Below are positions 1-10,100 of a stretch of 64,000 bases of DNA, one piece after another (the stretch's first letter is position 1; each line of letters opens with the position of its first letter). This stretch comes from Nitrospirota bacterium. Lineage in GTDB: Bacteria; Nitrospirota; UBA9217. A program made the position numbers and the translations under genes. Location of the stretch: the NCBI GenBank assembly GCA_963751455.1, contig CAVVUN010000015.1, positions 608,001 to 672,000 of the forward strand. The letters are read 5' to 3'. A model generated the notes under the pieces. The model had not been told where the DNA came from and made no database searches. It saw nothing but the letters and a program-made list of their open reading frames with translations.

Positions 1-519
1 GCTGCTGTTACGCTTACTGCGGGTGGAACCTATCCGTTTACGGTGACCTTTTCTCCGACAGCAGTACAGGCATACTCCGGTACATTAACGTTGACTGATT
101 CTGGAGCCGCAAGCTATCAATTAAGCCTGACCGGCAACGGTTTATCCGCAGGCGGCGGAGGTACGCCCGGCACCGGCACGTCGCTCGACGCATCGGGTTC
201 AAACAGCGGCTGCTTTATCGCGACTGCAGCCTTTGGAAGTTACCTTGATCCTCACGTCATGGTGCTAAGAAAGTTCAGGGATGAAGTTCTTCTGACCAAT
301 GCGGCAGGGTCTGCATTCGTGAGATTCTATTACAGGACATCACCTCCTATTGCCGATTTTATCAGCAGGCATGAATCGTTGAGGGCAATGACAAGGGTCC
401 TCCTGACGCCGATCATATTTGCAGTGAAGTATCAAGTCTTTCTTTTGATGGCAGCAGTGCTTCTCGGGTTACGCTTCATTGCCAAAAGAAAAGAAAAGCA
501 ACAAACGTTCATAGGATAA
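1..519 (+). CDS. 5'-truncated surface protein: ASH/choice-of-anchor D-like Ig domain, Gly/Ser/Thr linker, CFI-box-CTERM domain
   Basis: Frame is open from base 1 ([20 protein letters not shown]...SGTLTLTD...LSLTGNG, typical of an ASH domain end). It continues [12 protein letters not shown]...[11 protein letters not shown]...G.AFV.FYYR.SPP.A.FI, then a hydrophobic stretch and a basic tail (AKRKEK). Confidence 0.85.
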   Translation, partial: AAVTLTAGGTYPFTVTFSPTAVQAYSGTLTLTDSGAASYQLSLTGNGLSAGGGGTPGTGTSLDASGSNSGCFIATAAFGSYLDPHVMVLRKFRDEVLLTNAAGSAFVRFYYRTSPPIADFISRHESLRAMTRVLLTPIIFAVKYQVFLLMAAVLLGLRFIAKRKEKQQTFIG

Positions 520-547
520 CTAGTTGAAGTAAAAATTGGTAGTTTTG

Positions 548-577
548 AAAATGCGCCCTTCGGGGCGCATTTTTTTT
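548..577 (+). terminator. Intrinsic terminator, possibly bidirectional
   Basis: AAAATGCGCCC-TTCG-GGGCGCATTTTTTTT: perfect stem, cUUCGg loop and U-tract. Confidence 0.9.
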
Positions 578-614
578 GATACAATGATTCAATCAGGATG
601 ATGGACATATAAAG

Positions 615-1280
615 ATGAACGGACATATAAAAAAGACAATCAAGGACGCGCTCGAGGCAAACAATCTTCCGGATCTGGTCTCTCTCGCAACAAAGAATAA
701 AAAAATAATTCCTCAATTAATACGCTTTGCCTATGAAAAAGAGACCCTGGCCGGGTGGCGGGCAATCAAGGCGATCGGCCTGATAGCGAGGGAATTAATC
801 AAAACCGATTATGACTTTCTTCGGGAAACAATCCGGAAACTTCTTTGGTCGCTCTCCGATGAATCAGGCGGCATCGGCTGGTCCGCTACGGAGATACTCG
901 GTGAAATCGTGAGGGTTGACCCCAACAGATTTTCGGATGTTATTCCGCTGATTGCTGAAGTTTACGAAATCGAGGAAAAAATATTCAGACCGGGCGTTCT
1001 TTACGCTTTCGGAAGGATAGCGGAAGTCGATCCGGTAATTGTACAGCCCTATAAAAACATGGTCATCAAAGCGTTGACCGACAAAAACCCTCTTGTTCGG
1101 ATATATGCTATAGAACTCCTTATGATTCTTAAGCTGAGAACTGGAAGTGAAGGTATTGAATGTTATAAGAATTACGTCGAAACTCTGTTGTTGGATAGAT
1201 CTGAGGTCTGGATATATAAAGGAGATAGTTTCGTAAATATGCAGATAGGTGAAGCTGCGGCTAAAATTCTAAAGTCCTAA
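615..1280 (+). CDS. HEAT/ARM-repeat protein (DVU0298-like)
   Basis: 221-aa ORF with WRAIKAIG, RKLLWSLSDESGGIGW..TEILGEI, GVLYAFGRIA and LTDKNPLVR HEAT-like units. Confidence 0.7.
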   Translation: MNGHIKKTIKDALEANNLPDLVSLATKNKKIIPQLIRFAYEKETLAGWRAIKAIGLIARELIKTDYDFLRETIRKLLWSLSDESGGIGWSATEILGEIVRVDPNRFSDVIPLIAEVYEIEEKIFRPGVLYAFGRIAEVDPVIVQPYKNMVIKALTDKNPLVRIYAIELLMILKLRTGSEGIECYKNYVETLLLDRSEVWIYKGDSFVNMQIGEAAAKILKS

Positions 1281-1407
1281 TGCAATTATAGTGGGATACT
1301 CATTGCCGATTAGTACTGTTATTAAGCTTTATGTGGGGATTCCATAGTCAAAAACAAGTTATTAACACGCTTATTCGCACCATGGCGTGGTTTTTTTATT
1401 TCATATA

Positions 1408-1437
1408 CTTGACAATAGTTCACTCAACTTATATAAT
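1408..1437 (+). promoter_or_regulatory. Sigma70 promoter overlapped by a HAIR-like HspR operator
   Basis: TTGACA(1409-1414)-N17-TATAAT(1432-1437). CTTGAcA-N7-ACTCAAc (1408-1428) compares with HAIR consensus CTTGAGT-N7-ACTCAAG. hspR is in the downstream operon. Confidence 0.85.
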
Positions 1438-1462
1438 ATCATCATTATAAAGGGGATAGCTG

Positions 1463-2608
1463 ATGGCGACAGAAACCAAAAGAGACTATTACGAGGTTCT
1501 GGGGGTTAGTAAAAACGCTTCTGAGGCGGACATCAAAAAGGCGTTTCGTAAACTTGCACGAAAATTTCATCCTGATGTAAACCCGGGCGTTAAGGCAAGT
1601 GAACAGAAGTTCAAAGAACTAAACGAAGCCTACGAAGTGCTTTCTGATCCAAAAAAACGTCAGCAATATGATCAGTTCGGCCATGCAGCGTTTGGAGCCG
1701 GGTATGGTCAGGGAGCAGGCACCGGCCAGGGGTTCGAGGGATTCACTTCTGGCGGTGGAGCAGATTATTTCCGTAGCCGCGGCGGCGGTTTTGAAGATAT
1801 ATTCGGAAATATGTTCGGCGAGCGGATGAGACAGCGCGGCCCGCAGAAAGGCGAAGACATTACCTACGCCGTCGAGGTAGACCTCGAAGATGCAATTTTT
1901 GGAAAGACGATGCAGGTCGACCTTCAGCGCGAGGCAACATGTGCGACATGCGCCGGCTCTGGGGCCCAACCAGGCACGTCCAGAAGAACATGTCCTGCAT
2001 GCGGGGGAACCGGGACGATTTCTCAAGGCCGCGGCTTCATGCAGTTCGCACAGCCGTGCCCGAGATGCCACGGCGAGGGCACCATTAATCCGAACCCGTG
2101 CAGAACATGCGGAGGAAAGGGCACAATTCAGAAATCCGAGCGTATAAATGTCAAGATCCCTCCCGGCGTTGACAATGGTTCGAAGATCCGGGTTTCGGGC
2201 ATGGGCGGTGCCGGCGAACAGGGTGGTCCCTCGGGAGATGTGTATATCATAACCAAGGTGCGGCCGCACGCATATTTCGAGCGAAAGGGCGACAACCTGT
2301 ATTCCGATGCGAGCCTAACCATAAAGGAGTCGGCACTCGGCGATAAAATCGAGATTGCAACAGTGGACGGCATTGTTTCACTCACGGTTCCTCCGGGAGT
2401 CCAGAGCGGGCAACAGCTCAAACTCAAGGGTAAAGGCGTACCGCACCTCGGAGGAGGAGGCGTAGGAGACCATTATGTGACAATAAAAGTGGTTACGCCA
2501 ACCGGATTAAATGAGAATGAAAAGGAATTGCTTCGACAACTGGACAAACTCCATCCCTCGAATCCGCGAAGCGGGATGACATTTACAGGATTCAGGAAGA
2601 GAACATAG
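1463..2608 (+). CDS. dnaJ: Chaperone DnaJ (class A)
   Basis: J domain with HPD, G/F-rich region, four CxxCxGxG motifs and C-terminal substrate-binding domains. Confidence 0.95.
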   Translation: MATETKRDYYEVLGVSKNASEADIKKAFRKLARKFHPDVNPGVKASEQKFKELNEAYEVLSDPKKRQQYDQFGHAAFGAGYGQGAGTGQGFEGFTSGGGADYFRSRGGGFEDIFGNMFGERMRQRGPQKGEDITYAVEVDLEDAIFGKTMQVDLQREATCATCAGSGAQPGTSRRTCPACGGTGTISQGRGFMQFAQPCPRCHGEGTINPNPCRTCGGKGTIQKSERINVKIPPGVDNGSKIRVSGMGGAGEQGGPSGDVYIITKVRPHAYFERKGDNLYSDASLTIKESALGDKIEIATVDGIVSLTVPPGVQSGQQLKLKGKGVPHLGGGGVGDHYVTIKVVTPTGLNENEKELLRQLDKLHPSNPRSGMTFTGFRKRT

Positions 2609-2625
2609 CGTAGAGGAATTTATAT

Positions 2626-2683
2626 TTCGGAGCGCGGATAACGGATATTGAGAATTAGAGATACTCTCGTTCCGCAAACCGCT
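2626..2683. repeat. Degenerate heptamer-unit intergenic hairpin
   Basis: TTCGGAG CGCGGAT AACGGAT ATTGAGA ... TTCCGCA AACCGCT between dnaJ and hspR. Confidence 0.4.
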
Positions 2684-2699
2684 ATAAACGGAGTTCATC

Positions 2700-3074
2700 A
2701 TGGCCCGAAGGCAGAAATTATTCATGATAAGCGTTGTGTCCGAGATGCTCGACATACATCCACAAACACTGAGGTTGTATGAAAGGGAGGGCTTTATAAA
2801 GCCGAAGAGAAGTGGAGGGAATACCCGTCTTTATTCGGAGGAAGATGTCGAGAAACTCGAGATGATCCTGAGGCTTACCCGGGAGCTGGGGGTAAACCTC
2901 GCCGGCGTCGAGGTGATTTTGTCGATGCGCGAAAAGATGGAGCAGATGCAGAAGGAGATGGAAGAGAGCATGCACCAGCTGCAGGAAGAGCTTGCGCGCG
3001 AAATGAGGCGGCGTGCGGAAATGCGAAACGCCCTTGTGCCCGTGCAGAGAGTCAGGCTCACACGATATGAATAA
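2700..3074 (+). CDS. hspR: Heat-shock repressor HspR (MerR family)
   Basis: [37 protein letters not shown]...[12 protein letters not shown]; lies between dnaJ and clpB. Confidence 0.92.
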   Translation: MARRQKLFMISVVSEMLDIHPQTLRLYEREGFIKPKRSGGNTRLYSEEDVEKLEMILRLTRELGVNLAGVEVILSMREKMEQMQKEMEESMHQLQEELAREMRRRAEMRNALVPVQRVRLTRYE

Positions 3075-3149
3075 AGACGAAAGGACGAGTGACGAGGGAC
3101 GACAAGTCTTGCTGTGTCCACGTCCGGACGGTTATCCATTGTCCGTCTA
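3075..3149. repeat. GACGA-heptamer intergenic hairpin (degenerate copy)
   Basis: GACGAaag GACGAgt GACGAgg GACGA followed by GTCC-containing complementary units; related to 21394 and 38529. Confidence 0.55.
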
Positions 3150-3169
3150 TGTTTTATACGGAGGCAATC

Positions 3170-5770
3170 ATGGCACTTCTTGATAAATTTACTTTAAAAG
3201 CGACCCAGGCGGTCCAGACCGCTCAGGAATCGGCAGGCAGGCGACATCACCAGCAGATTGAAGTAGAGCATCTTTTGCTGGCGCTGCTCGAACAAATGGA
3301 TGGGGTTGTGCTGCCGCTGCTCAAGAAGATAGGAACAGATCCGGATACATTAAAAAACGAGATTCAGGAAGCTTTGGAAAGGATGCCCACAGTAGAGGGG
3401 CTCGTTCAAACCTATCTTTCGCCCCGATTGGGCAAACTGTTCGACCGGGCAGAGAAGGAGGCTGAACGGCTCAAAGACGAATATATCAGCACCGAACACT
3501 TCTTCGTTGCGGCCGCTGACGGAGACGGCGCTGCACGAGAAATCCTCGGAAGCCACGGAGTTACCCGGGATACGATATTCGCCGTGCTCGTGGACATTCG
3601 GGGAAGCCAGCGTGTGACGGATCAGAATCCCGAAGACAAGTACCAGGCGCTTACCCGGTATGGAAGAGACCTGACGGAGATGGCCCGGCGCGGCAAGCTC
3701 GATCCCGTGATCGGCAGGGATGAAGAGATCCGCCGCGTCGTTCAGGTCCTTTCGAGGCGGACAAAGAACAACCCTGTGCTTATCGGTGAGCCCGGAGTGG
3801 GCAAAACGGCGATCGCGGAAGGGCTTGCGCAGAGGATTGTGAACGGCGATGTGCCTGAGGGTTTGAAGAGCAAGCGTGTAATCGCACTGGACATGGGGGC
3901 TCTGGTCGCCGGCGCAAAATACCGCGGGGAATTCGAGGACAGGCTTAAGGCGGTTCTGAAGGAAGTCGTCGAGGCAAACGGCGAGGTGATTTTATTTATC
4001 GATGAACTGCATACGGTAGTGGGGGCAGGAGCGGCAGAAGGCGCCATGGATGCGTCCAACATGCTTAAGCCCGCGCTTGCCCGGGGGGAGTTGCGGTGCG
4101 TGGGCGCCACGACCTTGAACGAATATCGCAAGCACATCGAGAAAGACGCTGCTCTTGAGCGCCGGTTTCAACCGGTTCTCGTACGAGAGCCCTCCGTTGC
4201 GGACACGATTTCGATATTGCGCGGCCTCAAGGAGCGCTATGAAATTCACCATGGCGTGAAGATCAAGGATTCCGCGCTCGTGAGCGCCGCGGTCCTCTCT
4301 CACCGCTATATCGCGGACAGGTTTTTGCCGGACAAGGCCATTGACCTCATCGACGAGGCAGCTTCCCGGCTCCGTATGGAGATCGACAGCATGCCAGCTG
4401 AGCTCGACGAAGTGGAACGCCGGATCAGGCAGCTCGAGATCGAACGTGAAGCAGTCAAGAAAGAGAAGGACGTCGCATCACGCGACCGCCTTGCCGGAAT
4501 CGAGAAGGAGATTTCTGAGCTTTCCGGCCGAAGAGATGCACTGAAAACCTCCTGGCACGCGGAAAAGGAAGGCATCCAGAAGATCCGGATTGTGAAGGAA
4601 CAGATCGAACAGACAAAAAGCGAAGCGGAAAAAGCGGAACGGGAAGGGAATCTCGGAAGAGCAGCAGAACTGCGGTACGGAAAACTTCTCAACCTTCAGA
4701 AGCAGCTTGAAACCGAGTCTAAACTGCTGGCCGAGCTCCAATCCAAGCAGAAGATACTGAAGGAAGAAGTTGACGAAGAAGACGTGGCCGAAATCGTGTC
4801 TAAATGGACCGGCATTCCGGTAAGCAGAATGCTGGAAGGAGAAATGCAGAAGCTCCTGCATATGGAAGAGCGGCTCCGGCGCCGGGTTGTTGGCCAGGAC
4901 GAAGCAATTACCGCGGTTTCCGACGCAGTTCGAAGAGCACGTGCAGGCATTCAGGACCCGAATCGTCCGATCGGAAGCTTTATTTTCATGGGACCGACAG
5001 GCGTCGGCAAGACAGAACTTGCACGGGCGCTGGCGGAGTTCCTGTTCGACGATGAGCAATCAATGGTCCGCATTGATATGTCCGAGTATCAGGAGCGGCA
5101 TACCGTATCGCGGCTTGTCGGCGCCCCTCCGGGATATGTCGGGTATGAGGAAGGCGGGCAGCTGACCGAAGCGGTGCGCAGACGGCCCTACACCGTGGTG
5201 CTCTTCGATGAAATAGAAAAGGCCCATCCTGAAGTTTTCAACGTGCTGCTGCAACTCCTCGATGATGGCAGATTAACAGACGGCCAGGGCCGCACAGTGG
5301 ATTTCAAGAACACCGTGATTATCATGACGTCCAACATCGGAAGCCAGTATATCCAGGACCTTCAAAATGACGAGGCAGAAATGCGCCGACGGGTGTCGGA
5401 AGTCATGCGGCAGCATTTCAAACCGGAGTTTCTCAACCGTATTGATGACATCATCATTTTCCATTCACTTGACGCAGCTGTCGTAAAAGAGATTGTCTCG
5501 ATACAGGTTGGGCTTGTGCAGAAGCGTCTTGCGGACAAGAAGATAGAAATCGAGCTTACGGATCGAGCCAAGGAACTTCTCGCGGAAGAGGGCTTCGACC
5601 TGGTGTACGGGGCCCGGCCTCTGAAGCGTGCGATCCAGCGTGATGTGCTCAATCCCTTGGCAACAAAAATTATTTCCGGCCAGGTGAAGGAAGGCGCCCG
5701 GGTGATTGTTGATAGAAGAGACCGACACTTGATTTTCAGGACAGCTGACGAGGCGGTCAGTGCCGTTTGA
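3170..5770 (+). CDS. clpB: ATP-dependent disaggregase ClpB
   Basis: Start MALLDKFT after GGAGG; two AAA+ modules ([16 protein letters not shown]), coiled-coil middle domain and GARPLKR. Confidence 0.97.
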   Translation: MALLDKFTLKATQAVQTAQESAGRRHHQQIEVEHLLLALLEQMDGVVLPLLKKIGTDPDTLKNEIQEALERMPTVEGLVQTYLSPRLGKLFDRAEKEAERLKDEYISTEHFFVAAADGDGAAREILGSHGVTRDTIFAVLVDIRGSQRVTDQNPEDKYQALTRYGRDLTEMARRGKLDPVIGRDEEIRRVVQVLSRRTKNNPVLIGEPGVGKTAIAEGLAQRIVNGDVPEGLKSKRVIALDMGALVAGAKYRGEFEDRLKAVLKEVVEANGEVILFIDELHTVVGAGAAEGAMDASNMLKPALARGELRCVGATTLNEYRKHIEKDAALERRFQPVLVREPSVADTISILRGLKERYEIHHGVKIKDSALVSAAVLSHRYIADRFLPDKAIDLIDEAASRLRMEIDSMPAELDEVERRIRQLEIEREAVKKEKDVASRDRLAGIEKEISELSGRRDALKTSWHAEKEGIQKIRIVKEQIEQTKSEAEKAEREGNLGRAAELRYGKLLNLQKQLETESKLLAELQSKQKILKEEVDEEDVAEIVSKWTGIPVSRMLEGEMQKLLHMEERLRRRVVGQDEAITAVSDAVRRARAGIQDPNRPIGSFIFMGPTGVGKTELARALAEFLFDDEQSMVRIDMSEYQERHTVSRLVGAPPGYVGYEEGGQLTEAVRRRPYTVVLFDEIEKAHPEVFNVLLQLLDDGRLTDGQGRTVDFKNTVIIMTSNIGSQYIQDLQNDEAEMRRRVSEVMRQHFKPEFLNRIDDIIIFHSLDAAVVKEIVSIQVGLVQKRLADKKIEIELTDRAKELLAEEGFDLVYGARPLKRAIQRDVLNPLATKIISGQVKEGARVIVDRRDRHLIFRTADEAVSAV

Positions 5771-5966
5771 TAGCGGTTCTGAAAAAAACGATCAGGGAAA
5801 TTGCCGGCCTTTCTCAAGCGTGCATGTCATTTAAAAAAACAGCTCATTTTGACTGCGGAATTTGACCGGGAAATAGCAATTTTATTTATGGTTTAAAAAA
5901 CAAAAACATGCTATAGTAAGACTATACTAACGTCCCAATTACGCAGACGTTTGTCCGGATCCGGTA

Positions 5967-7124
5967 ATGCCAAAAAAGATTCAAACAAAAAGAAAAGTGC
6001 GTGTAAAAGCAGATCAGACGGCAGCAGAAAAGGACTTTAAATCCCTTTTCTACAGGAAACTTACCGAAACGCACCTCTTCTATGAAGTAGGCCGTATTAT
6101 CGCGTCCGAGCTGGACTCTGCCGATCTTGTTCAAAAGATTATGTCCTCGCTTTTGAAGGCAGTTGCTTTTGAAGACGCATCGGTGTACATCATTAAAAAA
6201 GACATGACCGGACTCGATCCGCTCTATTATCATCAACCCGCCACTCGGGAAAAGGGCCTCGGCGTCTCGATTTATCTAGACGATGGAGCTCCCAGCCAGA
6301 TAGCTATAAGCGGTGAGCCCCTTTTCATAGAAGATACTACTCTCTACAAAAGCTTTATTCATCATCCCGATGAGGAAGCAAGACCGGGCAGTTACATCGG
6401 TATACCGCTCAAAAACGAAAACCGCATTGTAGGCGTAATGGGCTTCAGCCACAGCAAGCCAAATGCCTTCCGGGTTGAAGATTTCGACCTGGTCCGTACG
6501 CTGTCACATCTTATTTCAGCGGGCATAGAAAAGGCGGAACTTTTCAAAAAGACGCTTCAACTGGCCCGCGTTGATGAACTGACCGAACTCCTTAATTACC
6601 GCGTGCTTTTGGAGAAACTCGAAGAGGAAGTCCGCAGGCAGGCCCGCACGGGCCACGTATTTTCTTTTTTGATGATAGATATCGACGATTTTAAGCGGAT
6701 CAATGACCGGTACGGCCATCTCGAAGGCAGCAGGCTGATCGCGCAAATGGGTCCTGTGCTGAAGGCCGCATGCCGCACAACGAGCACGGATACGTGCTTT
6801 CGGTACGGCGGCGAAGAGTTCTCGATTCTACTTGCAGAAACGGACCTGCAGGAAGCCATGGCTGCGGCCGAGCGCGTGCGGAAGGCAGTTGAGGAATATC
6901 CTTTTACCGTCAAAATAAACCATCCCCTTGAGCAAGTGACCGTGAGCCTCGGTGTCTCTTCGATGAAACATAGCAGCGGCAAATTGATCTCTCAGATGAT
7001 GAATGAAGCCGACATAGCCCTCTACCGCTCCAAAGCCACCGGCAAAAACCGATGTACCTGCTACAGCGAGGAGTTCACGATGCCCGGCATGCCGCACGAC
7101 CCGGGGCACATCTCTCGTTCCTGA
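5967..7124 (+). CDS. GAF-GGDEF diguanylate cyclase
   Basis: GAF domain (SYIGIPLKNENRIVGVMGF), DELTELLN, DIDDFKRINDRYGH and RYGGEEF. Confidence 0.92.
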   Translation: MPKKIQTKRKVRVKADQTAAEKDFKSLFYRKLTETHLFYEVGRIIASELDSADLVQKIMSSLLKAVAFEDASVYIIKKDMTGLDPLYYHQPATREKGLGVSIYLDDGAPSQIAISGEPLFIEDTTLYKSFIHHPDEEARPGSYIGIPLKNENRIVGVMGFSHSKPNAFRVEDFDLVRTLSHLISAGIEKAELFKKTLQLARVDELTELLNYRVLLEKLEEEVRRQARTGHVFSFLMIDIDDFKRINDRYGHLEGSRLIAQMGPVLKAACRTTSTDTCFRYGGEEFSILLAETDLQEAMAAAERVRKAVEEYPFTVKINHPLEQVTVSLGVSSMKHSSGKLISQMMNEADIALYRSKATGKNRCTCYSEEFTMPGMPHDPGHISRS

Positions 7125-7140
7125 CGCATTCCGGAACATT

Positions 7141-7314
7141 TTAAAAGCAACCAAGTTGGCAAGACCGGATTTTGATGTGAAGCTCGTTGCAGAGGGCTCC
7201 GATTTCCCGGAGCGATATGTTCAACTTCTTGGCCACAAGGTGGGCCTGTTCACAGTCAAGTCTGTTATCGACTGACGCAGCTTTCAGGGTTTCTATCATT
7301 TTTTGCCGCTCCAT
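7141..7314 (-). CDS. Small four-Cys protein ending in CQLGCF (57 aa, below the ORF-track cutoff)
   Basis: Translated by hand: MERQKMIETLKAASVDNRLDCEQAHLVAKKLNISLREIGALCNELHIKIRSCQLGCF*. Strong SD AGGAGGTG directly upstream. Confidence 0.85.
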   Translation of the reverse strand: MERQKMIETLKAASVDNRLDCEQAHLVAKKLNISLREIGALCNELHIKIRSCQLGCF

Positions 7315-7333
7315 TCCTCACCTCCTGAAATCA

Positions 7334-7377
7334 CCCCTACCCCGCTATCGTACCCTCTCCCTGAGAGCGGAGAGGGG
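7334..7377. repeat. REP-like palindrome
   Basis: CCCCTACCCC...CCCTCTCC-N8-GGAGAGGG, the common CCCTCTCC/GGAGAGGG REP-type hairpin. Confidence 0.55.
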
Positions 7378-7481
7378 AATCAAGGGTATCATACGAAATA
7401 TTTTCCCTGCCTGCAACAACTGCTTTCCGCGACTATCGCCGGGACTGTGAGGGCCGCATGAGCGATATGCTGCATCCGTTG

Positions 7482-7510
7482 TTGACTTGTGAATTCCTCT
7501 CAGATAAAAT
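7482..7510 (+). promoter_or_regulatory. Sigma70 promoter of the thioredoxin reductase gene
   Basis: TTGACT-N17-TAAAAT, followed by SD GGGAGG. Confidence 0.65.
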
Positions 7511-7542
7511 GACTTTATCAGCTTTCAGAGGGAGGCAAGAGA

Positions 7543-8475
7543 ATGGCTCAATTTTACGATGCAATCATTATCGGATCCGGTCCTGCCGGACTTACCGCAG
7601 CCCTGTATCTCGGCCGGGCAGGCCAGAAAACGCTTGTGCTAGAGAAGGATTTTGTCGGCGGCTATACTGCCAAAATCGCCCATATAGAAAATTATCCGGG
7701 GTACGAGACAATAAACGGCATGGATCTGACTCAGATCATGGCGAAGCAGGCTGAAAAATTCGGGGCTGAGATCGTTTATCCTGTTGAAGTTGTAGACATG
7801 GAGCTCAAGGACGAGCTCAAACGGGTGCGGACGCGCGATCAGGTTTATGAAGCGCATACGGTTATTATCGCAATCGGCGTGGCCAGGAAGAAGCTCGAGG
7901 TACCGGGAGCCAAGGAATTCCTGGGCAAAGGCGTATCATACTGCGCGACCTGCGATGGAAACTTCTTTAAAGGAAGGAACGTCGCTGTGGTCGGCTCAGA
8001 CAACGAAGCCGCCGAAGAGGCGCTTCATCTTGCCGAACTTGCTCAAAGGGTGACCTTGGTGCCGCACAGAGAGATAGATATTGTTAATGCCGTCATGAGC
8101 AGGCTCAGATCCAAGCCGAACGTGGAAATACTTCACGTCTCGAAGATCCATGCGATCGTCGGAGACGAGTTGGTTACCGGCCTCACAATCAGCAGGGACG
8201 GAACCGAAAAAACACTTTCTGTTGAAGGCGTGTTCATTGCAATGGGCTCGACGCCGATTTCACAGCTTATTTTGAGAGCGGGCGGGCTCACCGATGACCG
8301 CGGCTGTCTCATTGTCGACAAACATCAGCGCATGAATCTTGAGGGCGTCTTCGCAGCCGGCGACTGTACCTGCGGAGGCATGCAGATCGTCGCCGCTGCC
8401 GGAGAAGGGTCGGTTGCAGGTATGCGCGCAGCGTCGTATGTGCGGAAGATCAAGACAAAAGCCGCTGGGAAATAA
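7543..8475 (+). CDS. trxB: Thioredoxin reductase-like flavoprotein with degenerate NADPH-binding motifs
   Basis: GSGPAG FAD motif, IENYPG, GKGVSYCATCDG active site and GVFAAGD. The second Rossmann motif reads VVGSDNEA. Confidence 0.85.
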   Translation: MAQFYDAIIIGSGPAGLTAALYLGRAGQKTLVLEKDFVGGYTAKIAHIENYPGYETINGMDLTQIMAKQAEKFGAEIVYPVEVVDMELKDELKRVRTRDQVYEAHTVIIAIGVARKKLEVPGAKEFLGKGVSYCATCDGNFFKGRNVAVVGSDNEAAEEALHLAELAQRVTLVPHREIDIVNAVMSRLRSKPNVEILHVSKIHAIVGDELVTGLTISRDGTEKTLSVEGVFIAMGSTPISQLILRAGGLTDDRGCLIVDKHQRMNLEGVFAAGDCTCGGMQIVAAAGEGSVAGMRAASYVRKIKTKAAGK

Positions 8476-8592
8476 CGAGAAAAAATTTCGATAATTTCAA
8501 AGCTCAAATGCAATGGCCAAAACGTTTGAACCTCCACAGAGGTGCTTGGAAACTTTATCAAAATAACCTAACGTAAGCTCTATCCCCCAATT

Positions 8593-8675
8593 GTTATTCC
8601 CGTTCCGTTTTTTGCGGGAACTCGTTTTGTTTCGAATAAAAAACAGATGCCCGATAGAGTCGTTCGGGTGGATAC
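8593..8675. repeat. Degenerate double-hairpin REP-like element
   Basis: GTTATTCCCG...CGGGAACTC ... GATGCCCGA-TAGAGTCGT-TCGGGTGGATAC. Confidence 0.45.
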
Positions 8676-8762
8676 AAACAGGAGGCGTTATCGCTATTCT
8701 GTTATGACATTGCTCATCTTATTAATTTATGTAGTGATTCGGGATTTACACTTGGAGTTTGT

Positions 8763-10043
8763 ATGACGGTCAAAGATATGCTCGGCAGAAGCGGCGTGGT
8801 TTCCAGGGAGGAAGCGCTCAAAATCCTGGACGTCCATTTTCACGCACCCGATATGCCTTGCGCGGAAATATCGATCAGTGACGCCCTGGAAAGAGTAATT
8901 GCCGCGGACGTTATTTCGCCGGTCGATCTGCCTTATTTCGACCGTTCGACCATGGACGGATATGCAGTCGGAAGCTCGGATACGTTTGGCGCTGCTGAGT
9001 CCCGGCCCGCGCTTCTGACCATCATCGGTGATATCCCGATGGGTGCAATGCCGGACCGCGGCATTGCCGCCGGCCAGGCCATGAAAATTGCGACCGGAGG
9101 AGCGCTGCCCGCCGGGGCCGATGCTGTAGTCATGCTGGAACATGCTCAGCCCGTCGATGCAGTCAGCATCGAGGTCATGAAACCCGTCGCTCCGCTGGAG
9201 AACGTCATCAGGGCCGGGGATGATATCAAACAGGGAGAGCTTGTTCTTCCCCGCGGGCACCGGTTGCGTCCCCAGGACATGGCCGCGCTGGCCGGCCTCG
9301 GACTGATGCGTATCACCGTATTCAACAAGCCGAAGGTCGCAATCATCTCGACGGGGAACGAGATTGTTTCAGCCGATACGGTGCCGCCACCCGGCAAGAT
9401 CCGGGACACGAACTCCTATGCTCTCGACGGACTCGTTCGGGAGGCCGGGGGCATCCCCGTGAAGATCGGGATTTTTCCCGACGATTATGATCTGCTTCGG
9501 AAGGCGCTTGGGTCCGGTATAGGCGAGTGCTCGCTCGTTCTCATGACCGGTGGCAGTTCGGTCGGTACGGCTGATCTTACGGCCAGGGTCGTGAACGATA
9601 TGGGACGGCCCGGCGTTCTGGTCCACGGCGTTTCAATAAAGCCCGGCAAGCCGCTGATCTTCGGACTGATAGAAACAGCGCGGGGCGATGTCCCCGTATT
9701 CGGCCTGCCCGGTCATCCCGTTGCGGTCAGCGTATGCTTCGATCTTTTTGTTAAACACGTTCTCGAGAGGCTGACCGGGGAGGTCCCTCCGCCTGCGTTG
9801 GAAGGGGTCGCCCGGACCCGGGTAGTAAAGGCCAGGCTTGTCCGGAGCCTTTCTTCAGGGGCCGGCCGCGAAGAACATGTCCGGGTCGCGCTCGAAAAAA
9901 AGGACGATGGTCTGTGGGCAAGACCTGTTCTCGGGGCGTCAGGGCTGATCAGTACGCTCGTCAAGGCCATTGGCATCGTGGTAGTGCCGGTAAACACCAT
10001 CGGGATAGACGCCGGAGAGGAAGTTGACGTGCGCCTGTTTTAG
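8763..10043 (+). CDS. moeA: Molybdopterin molybdenum/tungsten transferase MoeA
   Basis: FDRSTMDGYAV, IATGGALPAGADAVVMLE, STGNE, TGGSSVG..D, IKPGKP and GLPGHPVA motifs. Confidence 0.95.
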   Translation: MTVKDMLGRSGVVSREEALKILDVHFHAPDMPCAEISISDALERVIAADVISPVDLPYFDRSTMDGYAVGSSDTFGAAESRPALLTIIGDIPMGAMPDRGIAAGQAMKIATGGALPAGADAVVMLEHAQPVDAVSIEVMKPVAPLENVIRAGDDIKQGELVLPRGHRLRPQDMAALAGLGLMRITVFNKPKVAIISTGNEIVSADTVPPPGKIRDTNSYALDGLVREAGGIPVKIGIFPDDYDLLRKALGSGIGECSLVLMTGGSSVGTADLTARVVNDMGRPGVLVHGVSIKPGKPLIFGLIETARGDVPVFGLPGHPVAVSVCFDLFVKHVLERLTGEVPPPALEGVARTRVVKARLVRSLSSGAGREEHVRVALEKKDDGLWARPVLGASGLISTLVKAIGIVVVPVNTIGIDAGEEVDVRLF

Positions 10044-10100
10044 ACTTCTGTCCGGTAAAAGGATCCAGGATTCAATGATGCTGCTGACGAGAATCAAGCA

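Noticed and set aside
1330-1380. DnaA-box-like 9-mers (TTATTAACA, TTATTCGCA, TGTGGGGAT) upstream of dnaJ
   Set aside because: Each has at least two mismatches to TTATCCACA and there are no origin-associated genes nearby.
3089-3169. 27-aa N-terminal extension of ClpB in the ORF track
   Set aside because: It translates the repeat element; the SD and the canonical start are at 3170.
7187-7450. 87-aa plus-strand ORF
   Set aside because: Antisense to the better-supported 57-aa gene and runs through a REP-like hairpin.
8690-8716. ModE-box-like sequence ATCGCTAT...ACATTGCT upstream of moeA
   Set aside because: Only one good half-site and the spacing is off. The context is suggestive but needs a PWM scan.
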